Shown one piece after another: positions 1-14,543 of a stretch of 64,000 nucleotides of DNA. This stretch comes from Piromyces finnis finn (taxonomy: Eukaryota > Fungi > Neocallimastigomycota). Location: NCBI GenBank assembly GCA_002104945.1, contig MCFH01000024.1, positions 620,001 to 684,000 on the forward strand, in the 5' to 3' direction. The notes under the pieces are model-generated. The model saw nothing but the letters and a program-made list of their open reading frames with translations, was not told the origin of the DNA and ran no database searches. Position numbers and translations under genes: made by a program. Position 1 is the stretch's first letter, and the number at the start of each line of letters is the position of its first letter.

Positions 1-1109
1 CCCCCCAAAAGTTCAATGATATTTTTAATAATATCAGTTTAAATGTATATAATAATAATAATATTTATATATATAAGATTTAAAAAGGAAAATGACTAAA
101 AATTATAAATTTATTAATAATAATATATATAAAAAAAAAAGAATATTATACCATGAATTTAATGAGATATCTGAACTACTGGTACTTGTAGGACTACTTT
201 CTTCACTATTAATAGGTTGTAATAATAATGTAGCAGAAGATGATCGATAAATTGTTTGAGAATTTTGTCTACTTACTGATATTCTATTTGGTGTACCATT
301 ATCAGCAGCTGTTAATATTACAAATGATTTTAATATAATAAAAAAAATGATATAAAATATTAAATAACTAATTTATTTATTTCCAATTTTCAATAGAATA
401 TTTAAAATATTTTTTTAAAAAAAAAAAATTACATCGATTAATAGATTGGTTAATTGCTTCATGAATATTTTGTGTGGAAAGAGTATTAGTAAGATTTTGA
501 GAAGATAATGATGCTGCTAATGTAACTTGTTCAGGAATATTAGTTGTGTTGGTAATATTAGTTTGATTAGATAAAGCACTAATGATATTTTCTGCATTAT
601 TATTTGTTCTATACACCGGATTATGAAATGACTGTGGAATATATTGTTTTCTGAAAACTTCTTCTGGTATATATTTTTCTTCCTCTTCTATACTATTTTC
701 ATCATCATTTATATTTATTGAAGTGGTATAAAATATTTCTTTATCATTTTTTTCTTTATTTTACATTGAGGTTGCCATTTCAATTTAACAATATAATGAA
801 TATTTATTATTGTGAAAAAAAAAAATTTTTTTTATTTCATTGATTCATTAATACATAAAATATCAAAAAGAAAATAAAAAAAAGTTTTAAAATATTTTAT
901 CTAATATAATATATATTAATATATAATTCATATATAATATTATTTTCGTTTCTTTTTTTGTTTTTTGTTTTTTGTTTTTTACCTGATATATTATCAATTT
1001 CTGTTAAAATATCTTTCGATGTCTTTTGAAATAATTCATAAGATAAATTTAATTTATCTTTATTTAATTTACTTGCAACTCTTTCAATACTAACTCTTTC
1101 AAACTTCAT
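1..1109 (-). CDS. Hypothetical S/T/N-rich protein, multi-exon, probably continuing beyond the left window edge
   Basis: Exon 1 1109-983 (MKFERVSIERVASKLNKDK...) ends at a GT donor (phase 1). It splices in frame to an AG acceptor near 754, which opens the frame containing ORF 377..616. A further coding-like exon lies at ~330-150 (SFVILTAADNGTPNRISVSRQNSQ...). No domain recognised. Confidence 0.55.
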
Positions 1110-2508
1110 GATAATTTTTTTAGTTTAAAGCTTATTTTAATATTTTTCAAAAAGCAACAAATAATTTAAAAATATTCAATTATTTTAGTTTTTCTAAAAG
1201 AATATCGATAATTATATTTATGTTTATTTGGATGAAGATATAATATCCTTTTTCATAAAAAAAAAAAAAAAAAGTTTTCCAAAATTGATACTGATATTAT
1301 TATATATTGAATGATAGTAATAGTTATATTGAGTTTTTATTTAATTATTTTCATAAAAGAAAAAGTTATTAGGATAGTAATTAAATCCAAAATAAAAATA
1401 AATCCATTAAATTTTATTTATTTATTAAATGATATTATATTAAAAAAAAAAAAAAAAAAAAAATATTAATAATAAAATAAAATCTTTGGTTTTATTTATG
1501 TTATTATTAGATTTAACTATTTTTATATAAAAAAAAATGTGTATTTTTATTAATGAATGACTATTTATTTCATTTATTTATTTATTAAATGTATAATCCA
1601 AAAAAAAAAAAATATCTTATTAATATCAATATTCATATTAAATACATTTCTAAATATTAATTAATTATATAATTTGAAATAAAAATTAATATTATAATTA
1701 ATAAAAATTATTTTTATAAAAAAAAAAAAGAAAAAGAAAAAGAAAAAAAAATGCTCAATGGACGACATCAGATTATTATTTAATTATTTGAGATAAATTT
1801 TATATTATAATAAAAAATAGATATATAATCCATAATATGAAATAGAAATATGTAATTCATATTTTAATATTATTATTTTTAGATTGAATGATTTTTAAAT
1901 AAAAATAAATATTATAAAGAATTATCTTAAAATATATTATCCACAATTTTCTTTTTTCATTTTTTTATATATATATATATAAAATAATATTTAATAATAT
2001 ATGTATATGTATTATATTACCTAAAATAATTGAAAGTTAATTATCTTTTAAAATTAATTATAAAAAAAGTTTGATATTATTATTATTATTATTATTATTA
2101 CTATTTAATTATTAAAAAGTTTAGGTGAAATTCATTTTCTATATTTAAACTAATGAAAATAAAATTATTAATATTACTATTATTAAAATTATAATAGAAA
2201 TTAAATAGATTTAAAACTTTACTGGTTACCAAAAACTTTAAACCTATTTTTTGGATTTGTATTATAAATTTTAAATACTATATAAATAATTATTATTTTC
2301 TTGTGAAAGAATTTAAAGATATAGTTTATATTAAAAACTTTTTGCCATTTGTAAAAGGTAATTTGTTAATTAAGCTTTGGTTTATTTAATAAAAAATATT
2401 TAATTTATTTAAATATAATAAAAGATAATGAAGAAAAAAAAAAAAAAAAAAAAAAAAAAAAAGCAGATATTGAAATACATTTAAAATTGTTAATAAAAAT
2501 CGACTTTA

Positions 2509-2550
<42 letters not shown>

Positions 2551-2961
2551 CATAATTTGATTTTTTTTTTTTTAATACATATTTTTACTTTTTATATGTT
2601 ATAACATTAATAAAAAGATAATATAAACGACAATTTGATTTTTAGTGATATTATTTAATCAACGAAAACTAATCACTATTATAATAACTAAAAAGTAAAA
2701 AAGAAATATATCTTTTTTCTTCAAAGATAGGTAAATTTTTTTTTTTTTTTTTTTTTTTTTTTCTATTCTTTTATTTTTTTTAATACATATTTTTTACTAT
2801 TCAGCATACTACAAAAAAAAATTATTAATGAATATCAATTTAAATCACTATATCATATATAGTGTTTAAAAAAGAAAAAAGAAATAAATTGTTTGGATAA
2901 AAATATTAATATATCTAAACTATAAACTATATTACTTTTATATAGAGTATTAAAAAATTTT

Positions 2962-4430
2962 TTACATAAATTTATTTAATTGATTACGGTAATTAGCATA
3001 TCTTGAAGTTGATTTTTCTTCTTCATTATCTCTATTTCTGAATTGATCACGGAATCTATATTTATTTGTTTCAGAATCACTATTTGAAGCGCCATTATTT
3101 TCAGAATAAACATCAACTGGATTTTCATTATTATAATTAAATTGCTTTGGATTATTGATTGAAGAATCTTGATATGATGAATCATAATAAGGAGCATTAT
3201 TTCTATTATATTGATCTGGAACACCCTGTTGAGTTTGTTCTGGATTAAGTTGTCCATAAGCAGCATAAATTTGATCAGTAGTATCATATGATCTTCTACT
3301 ACTATTAACAATATTATCAGTACTACTATTATAATAAGAATCTTGAGGTTGTATTTGTTGGTAGGAGAGATCATTTTGATAATTGTTAGTTTGTTGATAA
3401 GCTTCCATTGGTAGTGGATAGTTATTATCTACAACTGGGGAAGAATATGGATATATTGGACCTGAATTATCACCACCTGTATTATTGTAATCAGTATTAA
3501 AATCTATATCCAAAGTTGAATTTCTCTTATGTCTATAAACTAAAAATCCTGCTCCGGCAAGAACAACTAAACCTGCTGCACATGAGCAAATAATAATAAC
3601 TTTATTAAATTATAAAAATATTATAACAATTAATAATTATAAATTTAATTCATACTTTTAACAAATTTACTTTAAAAACTATAATTATATTTACTTATTT
3701 TGTTTGAACCAGATGATGGTTTTTCATTATTTTGATTTTTACTATTATTATTTTGATTATTTTGATTATTATTAGCCTTATCAACATTGGGATTTTCAGT
3801 GTATCCATTAGCAAAATTTTGATTTTGAGTTGGATTTCCTGGTATTGGATTAACTTGGGACATGTTATTTGAGTTATTAGAAGAAACTGCATTATTTGAA
3901 TTAACTGAACCTACATTATTTGAACCTACATTATTTGAACCTGGATTATTTGAACCTACATTATTTGAACCTGGATTATTTGAACCTGGGTTGTTTGGAC
4001 TTGGATTATTTGAACCTGGGTTGTTTGGACTTGGATTATTTGAACCTGGGTTGTTTGGTCTTGGATTATTTGAACCTGGGTTGTTTGAACCTGGATTATT
4101 TGGATTTGGTTTACTTGGATTTGTATTAGATTGTGGTGGTGAGGTTGGTTGTCTAGTTGGTTGTGCAATTGGTTGTGTGGTTGGCTGTACAATTGGCTGT
4201 GCAGTTGGTTGTACAGTTGGTTGAATAGTTGGTTGTACAGTTGGTTGTACAACTACTGAAGTTTGAACACTTTCAGTAGGTTTTTCAGTTGGTGATGAAG
4301 GTTCAGTTGGAGCTGAATCAACAGTTGGAGCTGAGCTATCATCTTCTTGTCTTTTGTCAAGGTGAGCTGACAAAACAGAACAAATTAATAAGGAAAATAA
4401 AAATATGTAAAGAAATTTTCTTGTATTCAT
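2962..4430 (-). CDS. Mucin-like type I membrane protein (~457 aa): signal peptide, KRQ site, P/T/Q and NNPGS repeats, one TM helix, Tyr/Asn/Gln-rich cytoplasmic tail
   Basis: Exons 4430-3695 and 3599-2962 join in frame across a GT-AG intron. N-terminus MNTRKFLYIFLFSLLICSVLSAHLDKRQ. TM segment IIIIICSCAAGLVVLAGAGFLVY followed by basic RHKR. Confidence 0.85.
3905..4100 (-). repeat. Coding 15-bp tandem repeat, ~13 units (NNPGS/NNPSP/NNPRP/NNVGS)
   Basis: Repeating ttatttgaacctgga / ttgtttggacttgga / ttatttgaacctaca units visible on the + strand. Confidence 0.9.
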
Positions 4431-7005
4431 TATTCTATAATGTATAATTTTTTTTTTCAAAAAAAAATATTTAAACTTCTAATTATAAATGGCTTTTTAT
4501 CTTAAATAAAAAAAAGCACTTAAATCTATAAGAACTTTTTATATAATATTATAAATTATGTTTTATTTATTGTTTGTTTGTTTTTTTTTTTTTGTATTAT
4601 TATTATTATTTTTTTTATTTAATTCTTTTGTTGAATTAAATTTATACTTTTTTTTTTATTATTATTTTTTGATAGTGTACTATTATTTTATATTTCAACC
4701 TTATTTTAATAAAAATATATATAATTTTATATATATATAGTTTTGGTATTTTTGGTATTATTTATTTGATTTCTATTTAATAATTATTAAAAATAAATAA
4801 ATAAATAAATTGCTTTATTGTTTCTTGCCAACTTAAAATAAATTTCAATTTAAAAATTATTATTAAAAAATTAGTAGTGACAAGTATAATTAACAAATAA
4901 TAATTAATAATTATAAATTATCTTAGATGATAAGAATAGCAATAAAAATAATAATATATATAAATATTATATTTATTTATTTTTATTTATTTATTTATTT
5001 ATTTAAAGGGTTTTTCAAAGAAAAAAAAAAAAAAAAAAAAAAGTAGACTTATGTATTATATATATATGTTTTTTTTTTTTAAAGTATAATCTTAAATAAT
5101 ATATTTATATATTGTATTACTTGAAATTATATTCAATCCATATAATTATTGAACCACAAGAAATCTTATTATTTAATATTTTAATTAATATATAGATAAA
5201 TTTAATTTATTTTTTTTTAATTAATAGGATATTAACACTTTATATATTTTAGAATAATCTTAATAAAAAATATTAAATATTTCAGTTGTTTTTTTTTTTT
5301 TTTTTTAACAAAATTAATAACATATATTATTAGTACATTTATTAGAACATGTATTATATAAGAAAGTATATAAGAAGCAAAGAGAAAACACTAAAAAATA
5401 AAATACCATAGTAATAAAATATAACATATCATCTTATATTCTTTGGACATTTCCTTAAGCATAATAGTTAACAAAGCAGTAATTATATTAATAGAACTTA
5501 TATATAAATATATATGAATATATTTTTATAAATTATAACAAATAAAATTTAATCGTTGTTCAAAATGTATCATATAAAATTAATTTTAAAAATTAATAAA
5601 CTTTAATACTTATTAAAAAACTGAAATAATTAAAATATAAAACCTTAAAAAATATTAAAATACAAGGTGTTTTAAATTTATATTGATCATATATATTATT
5701 AAGTAATATTTTATATAGCTGCGGATAACATTTTTTAGTGTAACAGTAATAAAAAAATATAAAATAAAGCTTAAGTTTTTTTTTCATTTAAAGTTTAAAT
5801 TTTATTTAAAAAAAAATTAATTTCAAAAATTTAGAATTCTACTATAGCACAAATTATTACTAATAAAATGAAATGTATGGTTAGAATTAGAATGATGGTA
5901 AATTTAAAAATAAATTAAAATAGATATTCCTCCCACCAACACTGCTGCTTTTTCTTTTAAACTAATGATACTTAATTTTTTTAAAATATAGGTTCGTATT
6001 ACTAAAAACAATATATTGAATTCAAATATAATATTGAAACAAAAAAACTAATAGCTATCATTTATCATTATTGTAATAATATTTTAAAATAAAATAATTT
6101 CTAGTAAATGATATTATGTCAACTTTTTTTTTTTATTATATGTTATATTAAAACTTTATTATTATATATCTCTAAACATCTAAATAGCTGATCATACATT
6201 ATTTGATAAAAGAAACATTAAATGAGAAAAAGAAAAAAAAGGTAAAAATGTAATAATATATTTAAATAAATTAAAAGTAGGCAAATACAAAGTTTATAAA
6301 AAATTTGAAACTTGTCATGAATACGAATTATTTCGTTCATGATAGGTAGTTATGTAAATATATATATTATATATTATATATATTTAAATTCATTTTATGT
6401 AAAAAAAAAATAAGAATTAAATATTTTATATTATTAAAAGTGTTCTAGTATCCTATTTAAATATTATTTATCATTTATATATAATTATAATAATTATTAT
6501 GAATGTTAATGAAGATTTATATTTATGTATAAATATTTTTATTATGTTTATTTTAATCTATTGATGATAAAACTTAAATATTAATTATTTCAATTTTTTT
6601 TTTTTTTTTTTCTTTTTTCTTATATATATAGTGGTATAAAAAACATGATTTATTTAGATATTAAAAAAAAAAAAAAAAAGGAATATAAATATAATAAATA
6701 ATAGAGAATTAAAATTAAAAAAAAAAATAAATAAATATGATATAATAAATAATGATAAAATAAATAATATATTTTATAATTCAAAATATTTTTTTTAAAA
6801 AAAATAGTATTACATTATCTTTTTAAATAGAATAGACATTTCTGTCCTTTATAATTACAATTTATTTTATAATTGTAATTATTTATCGTATTACTAAAAC
6901 AATAATAGTATATAGAATTTGTAATCATATCAAAGAGTATTTGATTATAGAGTCATACATTAATAATTATTCCTCTTACTTATAAATATGATCTATTATG
7001 TTTAG

Positions 7006-9758
7006 TTAATTATTAGAAATGGCAACATTAACAACTACATCATCATCATTCTTTTTATTTTTCTTTGCTTTATTGTTTCTAATAAATAATGATGATATAT
7101 AAAGTAAAATAGTCACAGGAAATATTGAATAAAGGTAGGTTTTTTGAATGGCTTCAATATAAATACGATTTCCTTCTGGAATATGATGAACATCATTAAC
7201 TGTTACAGTGCTAGCTTCGGGATAATGGTTACGATAATATTTTGGGAAAAAGTTTTGTAAAAGAGCACCATAAACAGCAACACCAATTGCTCCACCGATG
7301 TAATTGAAAAAGGAAGTAATTGTAGTACTAATACTAAGATATTCTGCTGGGGCTGCTTGTTGAGCTACCATAATACAATTTTGATAGATAACACCACAAC
7401 TTAAGCCATACAAGATAAATATTAAAAATTCTATCCAATAATCAGTGTCAATACCAATTAGTGAAATCAAATATACAGCAAAAATAGAAAAAAAGCATCC
7501 GAGTTTTATAAATATATCAATACGTCCGAATTTACCAATTAAATAACCACTTCCCATGGCTGATACAGTAAGAAATGCACTAAATATAAATAGATACATA
7601 TAAAACAAAAGATTAATTATGTATTTGACATTCAAGCTTTTTACGAAAAAAAAGATATACATACGATATTGGTACTAATCTTAAACCAGCATGAGTGGCA
7701 GTAAATAAACGTCCATCCTCTAAATATGGTATATATGATATTTTATTATTCATTCATTATTAAAAATATTGATAAAAAATAAAAAAAAAATAATATAAAA
7801 ATACTTACGATATAAAAGAGGTAAAGTATTGATAACATTTAAAAAGATAATTCCTTCTAAGAAATTTGTAATTGATGAAGTCGTTATATTTCTGTATTTA
7901 AATAATGCAGGTGGTGTGATAGGTTCTTCGGCATATTTAAATTCAATTATTATATAAAGGATTAATAAGACAATACCAATAGCAAATAAAGAAATAACAG
8001 GTGCAGAACCCCATGAATATTTTGAACCTAAAATTTATATTTTAAATTAAAAAAAGTATATATATTGTTAATATATAAAATTTTCTAAAAATTTTTTTAT
8101 TTTCCTTTTTCAAAAAAAAAAAAAAATAATAATTTTTTAAAAGGAAATTAAAAATAACGTACCACCCCAATTTAATCCAAGTAAGATACAGACCAAACAT
8201 GCTAAAAAATCATTTTATATATTAAATAAATTCCATTTAATACTTTCATTCATTTTATCGATCAATAAATATTTGAAAATAATATAATATTTAGAAATTT
8301 ATGAATTTTAAAAACTTACAAATTAATGTAAATGTACCCAAAAAGTCAATTCTTTTAAATTTTTCCATGAAGGAACTTCTTTCAATTGGTATTTTAAAAA
8401 ACAAATAAAAGAATAATATACAAACAACCCCAATTGGTAGATTTATATAAAATGACCATCTCCATCTATTAATTATTTTTTAGTTATATAAATATATAAA
8501 AAAAAAAAAAACATTCAGTAACTGTGACAATGTATATATGATTTATCATAATTTTAGATTAATACGTTTTATGATCGGTTAAAAAACCACCGAGTAATGG
8601 TCCTGTAACAGATGTAAATGCATAAATGGCACCATTAACTCCCATATATAAACCTCTATAATAAATTTTTATATATTATTAAAATTTACATATATAATAT
8701 TTATATTACTATTACATTCTTGTAGTGTCTAATTTAATAGTGTTGTTTTAAAATAAATACCTTTTACGTATAGATGTAATATCAGCAAGAATAATATAAG
8801 TGAGTGCAATTATACCTCCACTTCCAAGTCCTTGTAAAGCTCTTCCTATAATTAAAACACCAATATTTGGGGCGACTTGAAAAAAAAGAATGAATGTTAT
8901 ATTTATGATAATATTATATATTAGAAATCTTTAATAATTATAAAGTTATTATCCTTTTATAGTTACTTACCACCACATAATAGTGATGCTCCTGTAAATA
9001 TGATTAAAATAAGAATAATTAAAGTTCTACAACCAAAAATATCGGCAACTGTATAAAAAAAAAATTAAATATTATTGTTATAATTAAATGAGATTAGTAT
9101 ATCATTAATTAGTAATACATTATTATTTTATACGAAATTACTTACACTTTCCACATACTATTATTTTTATTCAAAATGAAAATAATAAATATAAAATGAA
9201 TAATATATAATAAAAATTATAAATTATAGAATTTATTATTTCGATATTAAATGTATTATTTTTATTTTAAAAAAAAAATAATAATTACATGGTTGGATTG
9301 CAGTATTTGTTAACATATATACAGTAATAATCCAAGTAAAATTATTGTAAGAATTAAAATCTGAATTAATTTTTGGAAGTGCAGTTGAAATAATAGTTGT
9401 ATCAAGATTTGACATAACTAGAGATAGAACTTTTATATTTATTTTATATATTCCATATATATTAGATTGAGCTCTATGAAAAAAAAAAAAGTATATATAC
9501 ACTATAAAAATTACCTATACTTGTATAAATTAAAGCAAATTTTGACTTGAAATTTAAATATTCGAAAAGTAAATTTTAATATTTTTCAATTTTAAAGTTA
9601 AAATGAAGTTTTATACATTTTTATTTTTATCATTATTTTACCTTTGAAAATTTGTATTTAATAAAATCTTCATCGTTCTCAATAATTTCCTTCACTTTTT
9701 CATTTTCCCCTTCCTGTACTTTCTCATCTGCCTTTATATTGTTTTCTGTAATGTCCAT
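7006..9758 (-). CDS. MFS drug:H+ antiporter, DHA2 (14-TM) family, 11 exons
   Basis: The spliced frame contains [27 protein letters not shown] (motif A region), [33 protein letters not shown] and KRIDFLG. All joins checked are GT-AG and in frame. Confidence 0.92.
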
Positions 9759-10377
9759 TTTAAAAACTTTTTTCTTACTTATTAAAATATATGTATTGTA
9801 ATTATATACTGAATGAACAATGAATATGATATATATAAAAAATTAAATTTAGATTTTTTTTTTTTTCATTATTTATTTGTTTTTTTTTTTAATTTATTTA
9901 TAAATTTATTTAATTAATGTTTACGATATTGAATTCATTAAAAAAGGAATTTTATTTCTAAAAATTACTCTAAAAAAAAAAAAAATTGTTTTTTGAATAA
10001 AAACAAATAAATGCAAATTTAATTATTATAAATCAACATAATACAATTAAATACCTTTATTTATATTTAGAAAGAATGAAATAATAAGGATTTATAAATA
10101 TAAATTTTTAATTCATTGTTTAATTTGCATTTCTTAAATCCTTTTTTTTTTTTTTTTTTTAATTTTTTTAATATAAAATTATAGATTTTAATTAATTTTT
10201 TTTTTTTTTAAAAAATAATGAATACAAATATATTGATGTTTTTTTTTTGTAATAATCCACGTGGATATAAGAAAATATCTATAATCAACATTATTTATGT
10301 AAAACATAGATTTAATTCACATGAAATAAAGGAAAATCCTTGAAATTATTTAATATGTAGGAATTAATAACATCATT

Positions 10378-10640
<263 letters not shown>

Positions 10641-12617
10641 TGAAAAAAATGTCAATAAATAGATGTATTATTTCTTAAGCTTTTTATTTTAATAAAATCT
10701 CTAATTATTTTTATAAGTTAGTAACTATATACACATTTAATTAACATCATTTTTTAAATTTAACATTTCCTAATGTTTTTTATATGTTACATTCTAATAT
10801 ATATTTCTTTTATAATAATATATATATATTACATAAAAAAGGTAAATTAGTCTGACGCTTATTTAATAAAATAAAATCAGACTAAAACTAATTAAATATA
10901 GTTAATTTGATTTTTACTTTATTTTTTTTTTTTATTGCTGTAAAGGGTACTTATATCGAAGAAAACATTTTCCTTATTCTTGATAGGAAATTGTAAATTG
11001 CGTAAGAGAGAAATTCTTATTTTGCAAAAGGAATTTATTATTTTATTTGACACTAAATTATGTGATCATATGAATGTAACGTGATTATATATGACTTTTA
11101 ATAATAAGACTTTAGAAATTTCATTATATAAAGTAGTAAAAATCTAATCAATAAGAAATATAAAATCTTGTTAATAATAGGTCGATATAAAATAATATGT
11201 AATTTATAAATGCCATTTTATATTTATATTATTATAGATGATGCTTATATTTAAAAAAGCTGAATATGTTTATAATTATTATTTTTACATTTCTAATTAT
11301 CATATGATTAAAAAAAATTTATTCTGTCACCAAAATTTTTCTTTATAAAACTTAATATTTTTTTTATTGTTCTTTTTAATTCATTTTTAAAAAAAAAGTG
11401 AGCAAGTTGACTATCATAATGCTTTTTTTTTTAATATTAGTTTAATCTTTCTTTTTTTTTTATTATTATATACATTACTTTTTTTATTTCATAGCTTTTG
11501 TAATAAAATTATTGAAACAAGAAAGATAGTATAAATGAATAATGGGTAGTTTTTAATAATTAAAATAAAATTAATATTTTATTATACTATTATGTATATT
11601 TATTACAATATAATAAATTATATTGTAAAATTTAAATTTAATATAAAAAATCTATTTTAAATATATTAATATATTTAAAATATTTTTGTCATCCTATAAA
11701 AACATGTACATTAACTCAATCATAAATTTTTCTGTATTTGAATGTAAAAGTAAATCATAAATTAAATCAAGAATTTGAAATTAAAAATAAATTAAAAAAT
11801 ATATAGGTAATAAATTATCCTATATAATAATTTATATAATAATTATTATTCTAGGATTGATGAATAATATAAAAAGATTATGATAATAAATGGTAGCCAT
11901 AAAAAATGAAACATTTTTAATATTTAGTAATCATGAACAAAACCTGGAAGGTAACATTAATATTTTATAATATAACAAAAAAATTGCTTATAAAGAGTTG
12001 AATAGAATGCCTTTTTTTATTTTATATTCTATTTTTTATATAAATAATAGATTGTAATATAAGCCTTTTTTTTTTTAAAATAACATTACCTTTTTTTTTT
12101 TCAAGATTTGTATTATAATCGTTTTTTTTTTTTTTTTTTGATTTATTAATTTTAAATTAATAAAATTATCCAAAATTTTAAAAATTTTATTATAATTAAA
12201 AAAATTTTTTTTTACAATCGACTTTACTATTTCTTTAGCAAATAAAAAAAAATTTTAATTGCTAAAAACTAAAAAAGGATAATATTAAATTAAATAGTTG
12301 AATCTTGTTTTTATTTAGTTTAAAAAATAAAGCAATACTTCAATATTTAATTATTTATATTATTTAAAAAGAATATATATATTTAAATATTAATAAAAAA
12401 AAAGGGCTTTCTTTATAATAAAGGTTGAAAGGGTAAGTAATCACAACAATAAAATATATAGTAATAAGATTTTGTTTGGAGAAATTAGATTTTACATGCA
12501 AATATTTAAAATAAATAAATAGCTGTATTTTATGTTATATATTAATACTTTGATTATTATTATTTTTTTTTGTTTTTAATTAGTTTAATTTAAATAATTA
12601 AATTAACAAAGTTAAAA

Positions 12618-14165
12618 ATGGCAGATTCAAAAAAGAAGCTTACAGCTGAAGAAAAAAAAACTATTAAAAGTATCGTGAAAACAAATTCAACTCGTGATGC
12701 TATTTTTCTTTCAACAGCTATTTATTTAATTCTTCCTGTTGGTTTAATCTTTATTGCTGTTTCATATAATATTTATAGAGAACGTAAAGATTTTTCAAAT
12801 AAACATCCAGAAGTAAGTTTAGTATAAACTTTAAAAAATACAAAAATAAAAAGCGATTAAAATAATGAAAAATTTACCTGAAAATATTATACACAGTAGA
12901 ATAAAGAAAAAAAAAAAAGAGAAATAGACTAGTATTAAATGAATATTAATATTCGATAAAAAATAACGATTCTAATTATAAATTGAATATTTGTTTATAT
13001 ATGTAAAATTAAAGTTTGAATATACTCCAGATATTAAAGATTTCCTAATTGGTTTGATTAGTTGTGTACTTGTTTATTTAGTCCGTGTCGGTTCTATTGA
13101 TTACCTTTTCAGAGCTAGAGCTGAAAAAACTGTTATTCAATTCCCTGATGAAGATTTAAGAAAGAAAAAAGTTGAAAAGGTGTGTAAAAAAATATATATT
13201 TTCATTTATGTTATTAAATAGAAATATTTCTTATAAATGATTTTATACCAATAATTTTAATAATTTATTAAATTAATAAAAAAAATTGTTTATTGCTATT
13301 TAAAGGCCGCTTTTGCTAGATTCAGATGTTTATGGTATCTTTTTATTACCATTGTTGGTTATTACTGTCTTAAAGATGAAGAATGGCTTCCAAGAACTTT
13401 AGGTGGTAAAGCTCGTACTTTAAAGGACTTAAATTTATTCTGGGATAATCTTCCATATCAACCACAAAACAGAAAAGTTGTCATTTATTATATGATTCAA
13501 TTTGGTTCTGCTTTATGTACTTTCATTCTTCAATTCAAACAAAATCGTACCCGTAAGAGTTAGTAAGTATAAGTATATTAAAATAAATAATTAAAAAATA
13601 ATGAGAAAAAAGTTAATAAAATTATATATTTTTTTATATTATAAATTAAAATTTTTAAAGTGGTGAATTCCTTCTTCATGATATGGCTACATTAGTTCTT
13701 TTAATTATCAGTTTCTTAAATAATTATCTTCGTATGGGTGCAGTTGTTCTTTTCCTTCATGATATATCTGATATTTTCTCATACGGTGTTAAGATTTTTG
13801 TTGATACAGTACACCTTAAGACAACTTTAGTTTTCTATGTTAGTTTAGTTCTTTCTTGGTTCTATACTCGTTTATACATTTTCCCATTCGAAGTAATTCT
13901 TCAATGTTTTACAAACAATATTTGGGCTCGTCCAGAACTTGTTGGTTATATGATTATTGCTATTTGTTTAATAACTCTTCTTTGTCTTCATGTTTACTGG
14001 ATCGTTCTTATATTAGGTATTGGTGTTAAATTCCTTCGTACTGGTGAAGCTGATGATATGCAAGATGCTGAAAAGGTTGAAGACTTTAAGCAATCAAAGT
14101 TTTCTGAAAAGAGAACTGTTAATTTAAACGCCGATGTTTCTGATTCAAATAAAAAACAAGACTAA
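12618..14165 (+). CDS. TLC-domain ceramide synthase-like protein (Lag1/Lac1 family), ~373 aa, 4 exons
   Basis: Exons 12618-12812, 13015-13179, 13306-13562 and 13661-14165. The Lag1p-motif region reads RKSYGEFLLHDMATLVLLIISFLNNYLRMGAVVLFLHDISD, followed by WFYTRLYIFP and LHVYW, with a C-terminal acidic DDMQD segment. Confidence 0.88.
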
Positions 14166-14503
14166 GCTTTAGAATTGAAAAAAAAATCCTAAAATAAATA
14201 AATATATATATATTCAATAGGATATAATTCAAAAAACGAATTTTTTTTTTTTTTTTTTCAATCAAAAGACAACATAAAATACTAAATCCTTAATATATAT
14301 AATATCTCTTTAAATTTTATTATTAAAAAATATATATATATATATAAATACAATTTTGAATAAAAAATCATATTTATCCTTATTTTATTCTATTATATTT
14401 AAATAAAATAATATCAATAATATTAATAAAAATATATATATATAAGTCAATATTAAAAAATAATATTTATCTTTTCAAATTAATTATAATTAATATGGCA
14501 TTC

Positions 14504-14543
<40 letters not shown>

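Noticed and set aside
3862-4252. Overlapping ORFs 3862..4224(+), 3920..4129(+), 3956..4252(-)
   Set aside because: Shadow frames of the 15-bp and 12-bp coding repeats.
2962-4430. Repeat-rich membrane protein as a cellulosome scaffoldin
   Set aside because: It is small and its repeats lack the Cys/Gly-aromatic units described for gut-fungal scaffoldins. A long cytoplasmic tail fits a sensor better.
5345-6050. Hydrophobic minus-strand fragments (KEKAAVLVGGISILIYF; SSINIITALLTIML...) suggesting a cryptic membrane-protein pseudogene
   Set aside because: The fragments end in stops, lack consistent splice donors and resemble no family I recognise. Hydrophobic translations are expected from AT-rich DNA. 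A tBLASTx hit would be needed.
6315-6342. Bulged hairpin tcatga-at-acgaa-ttat-ttcgt-tcatga as a Helitron 3' end
   Set aside because: No CTRR terminus at the expected distance and no other Helitron evidence.
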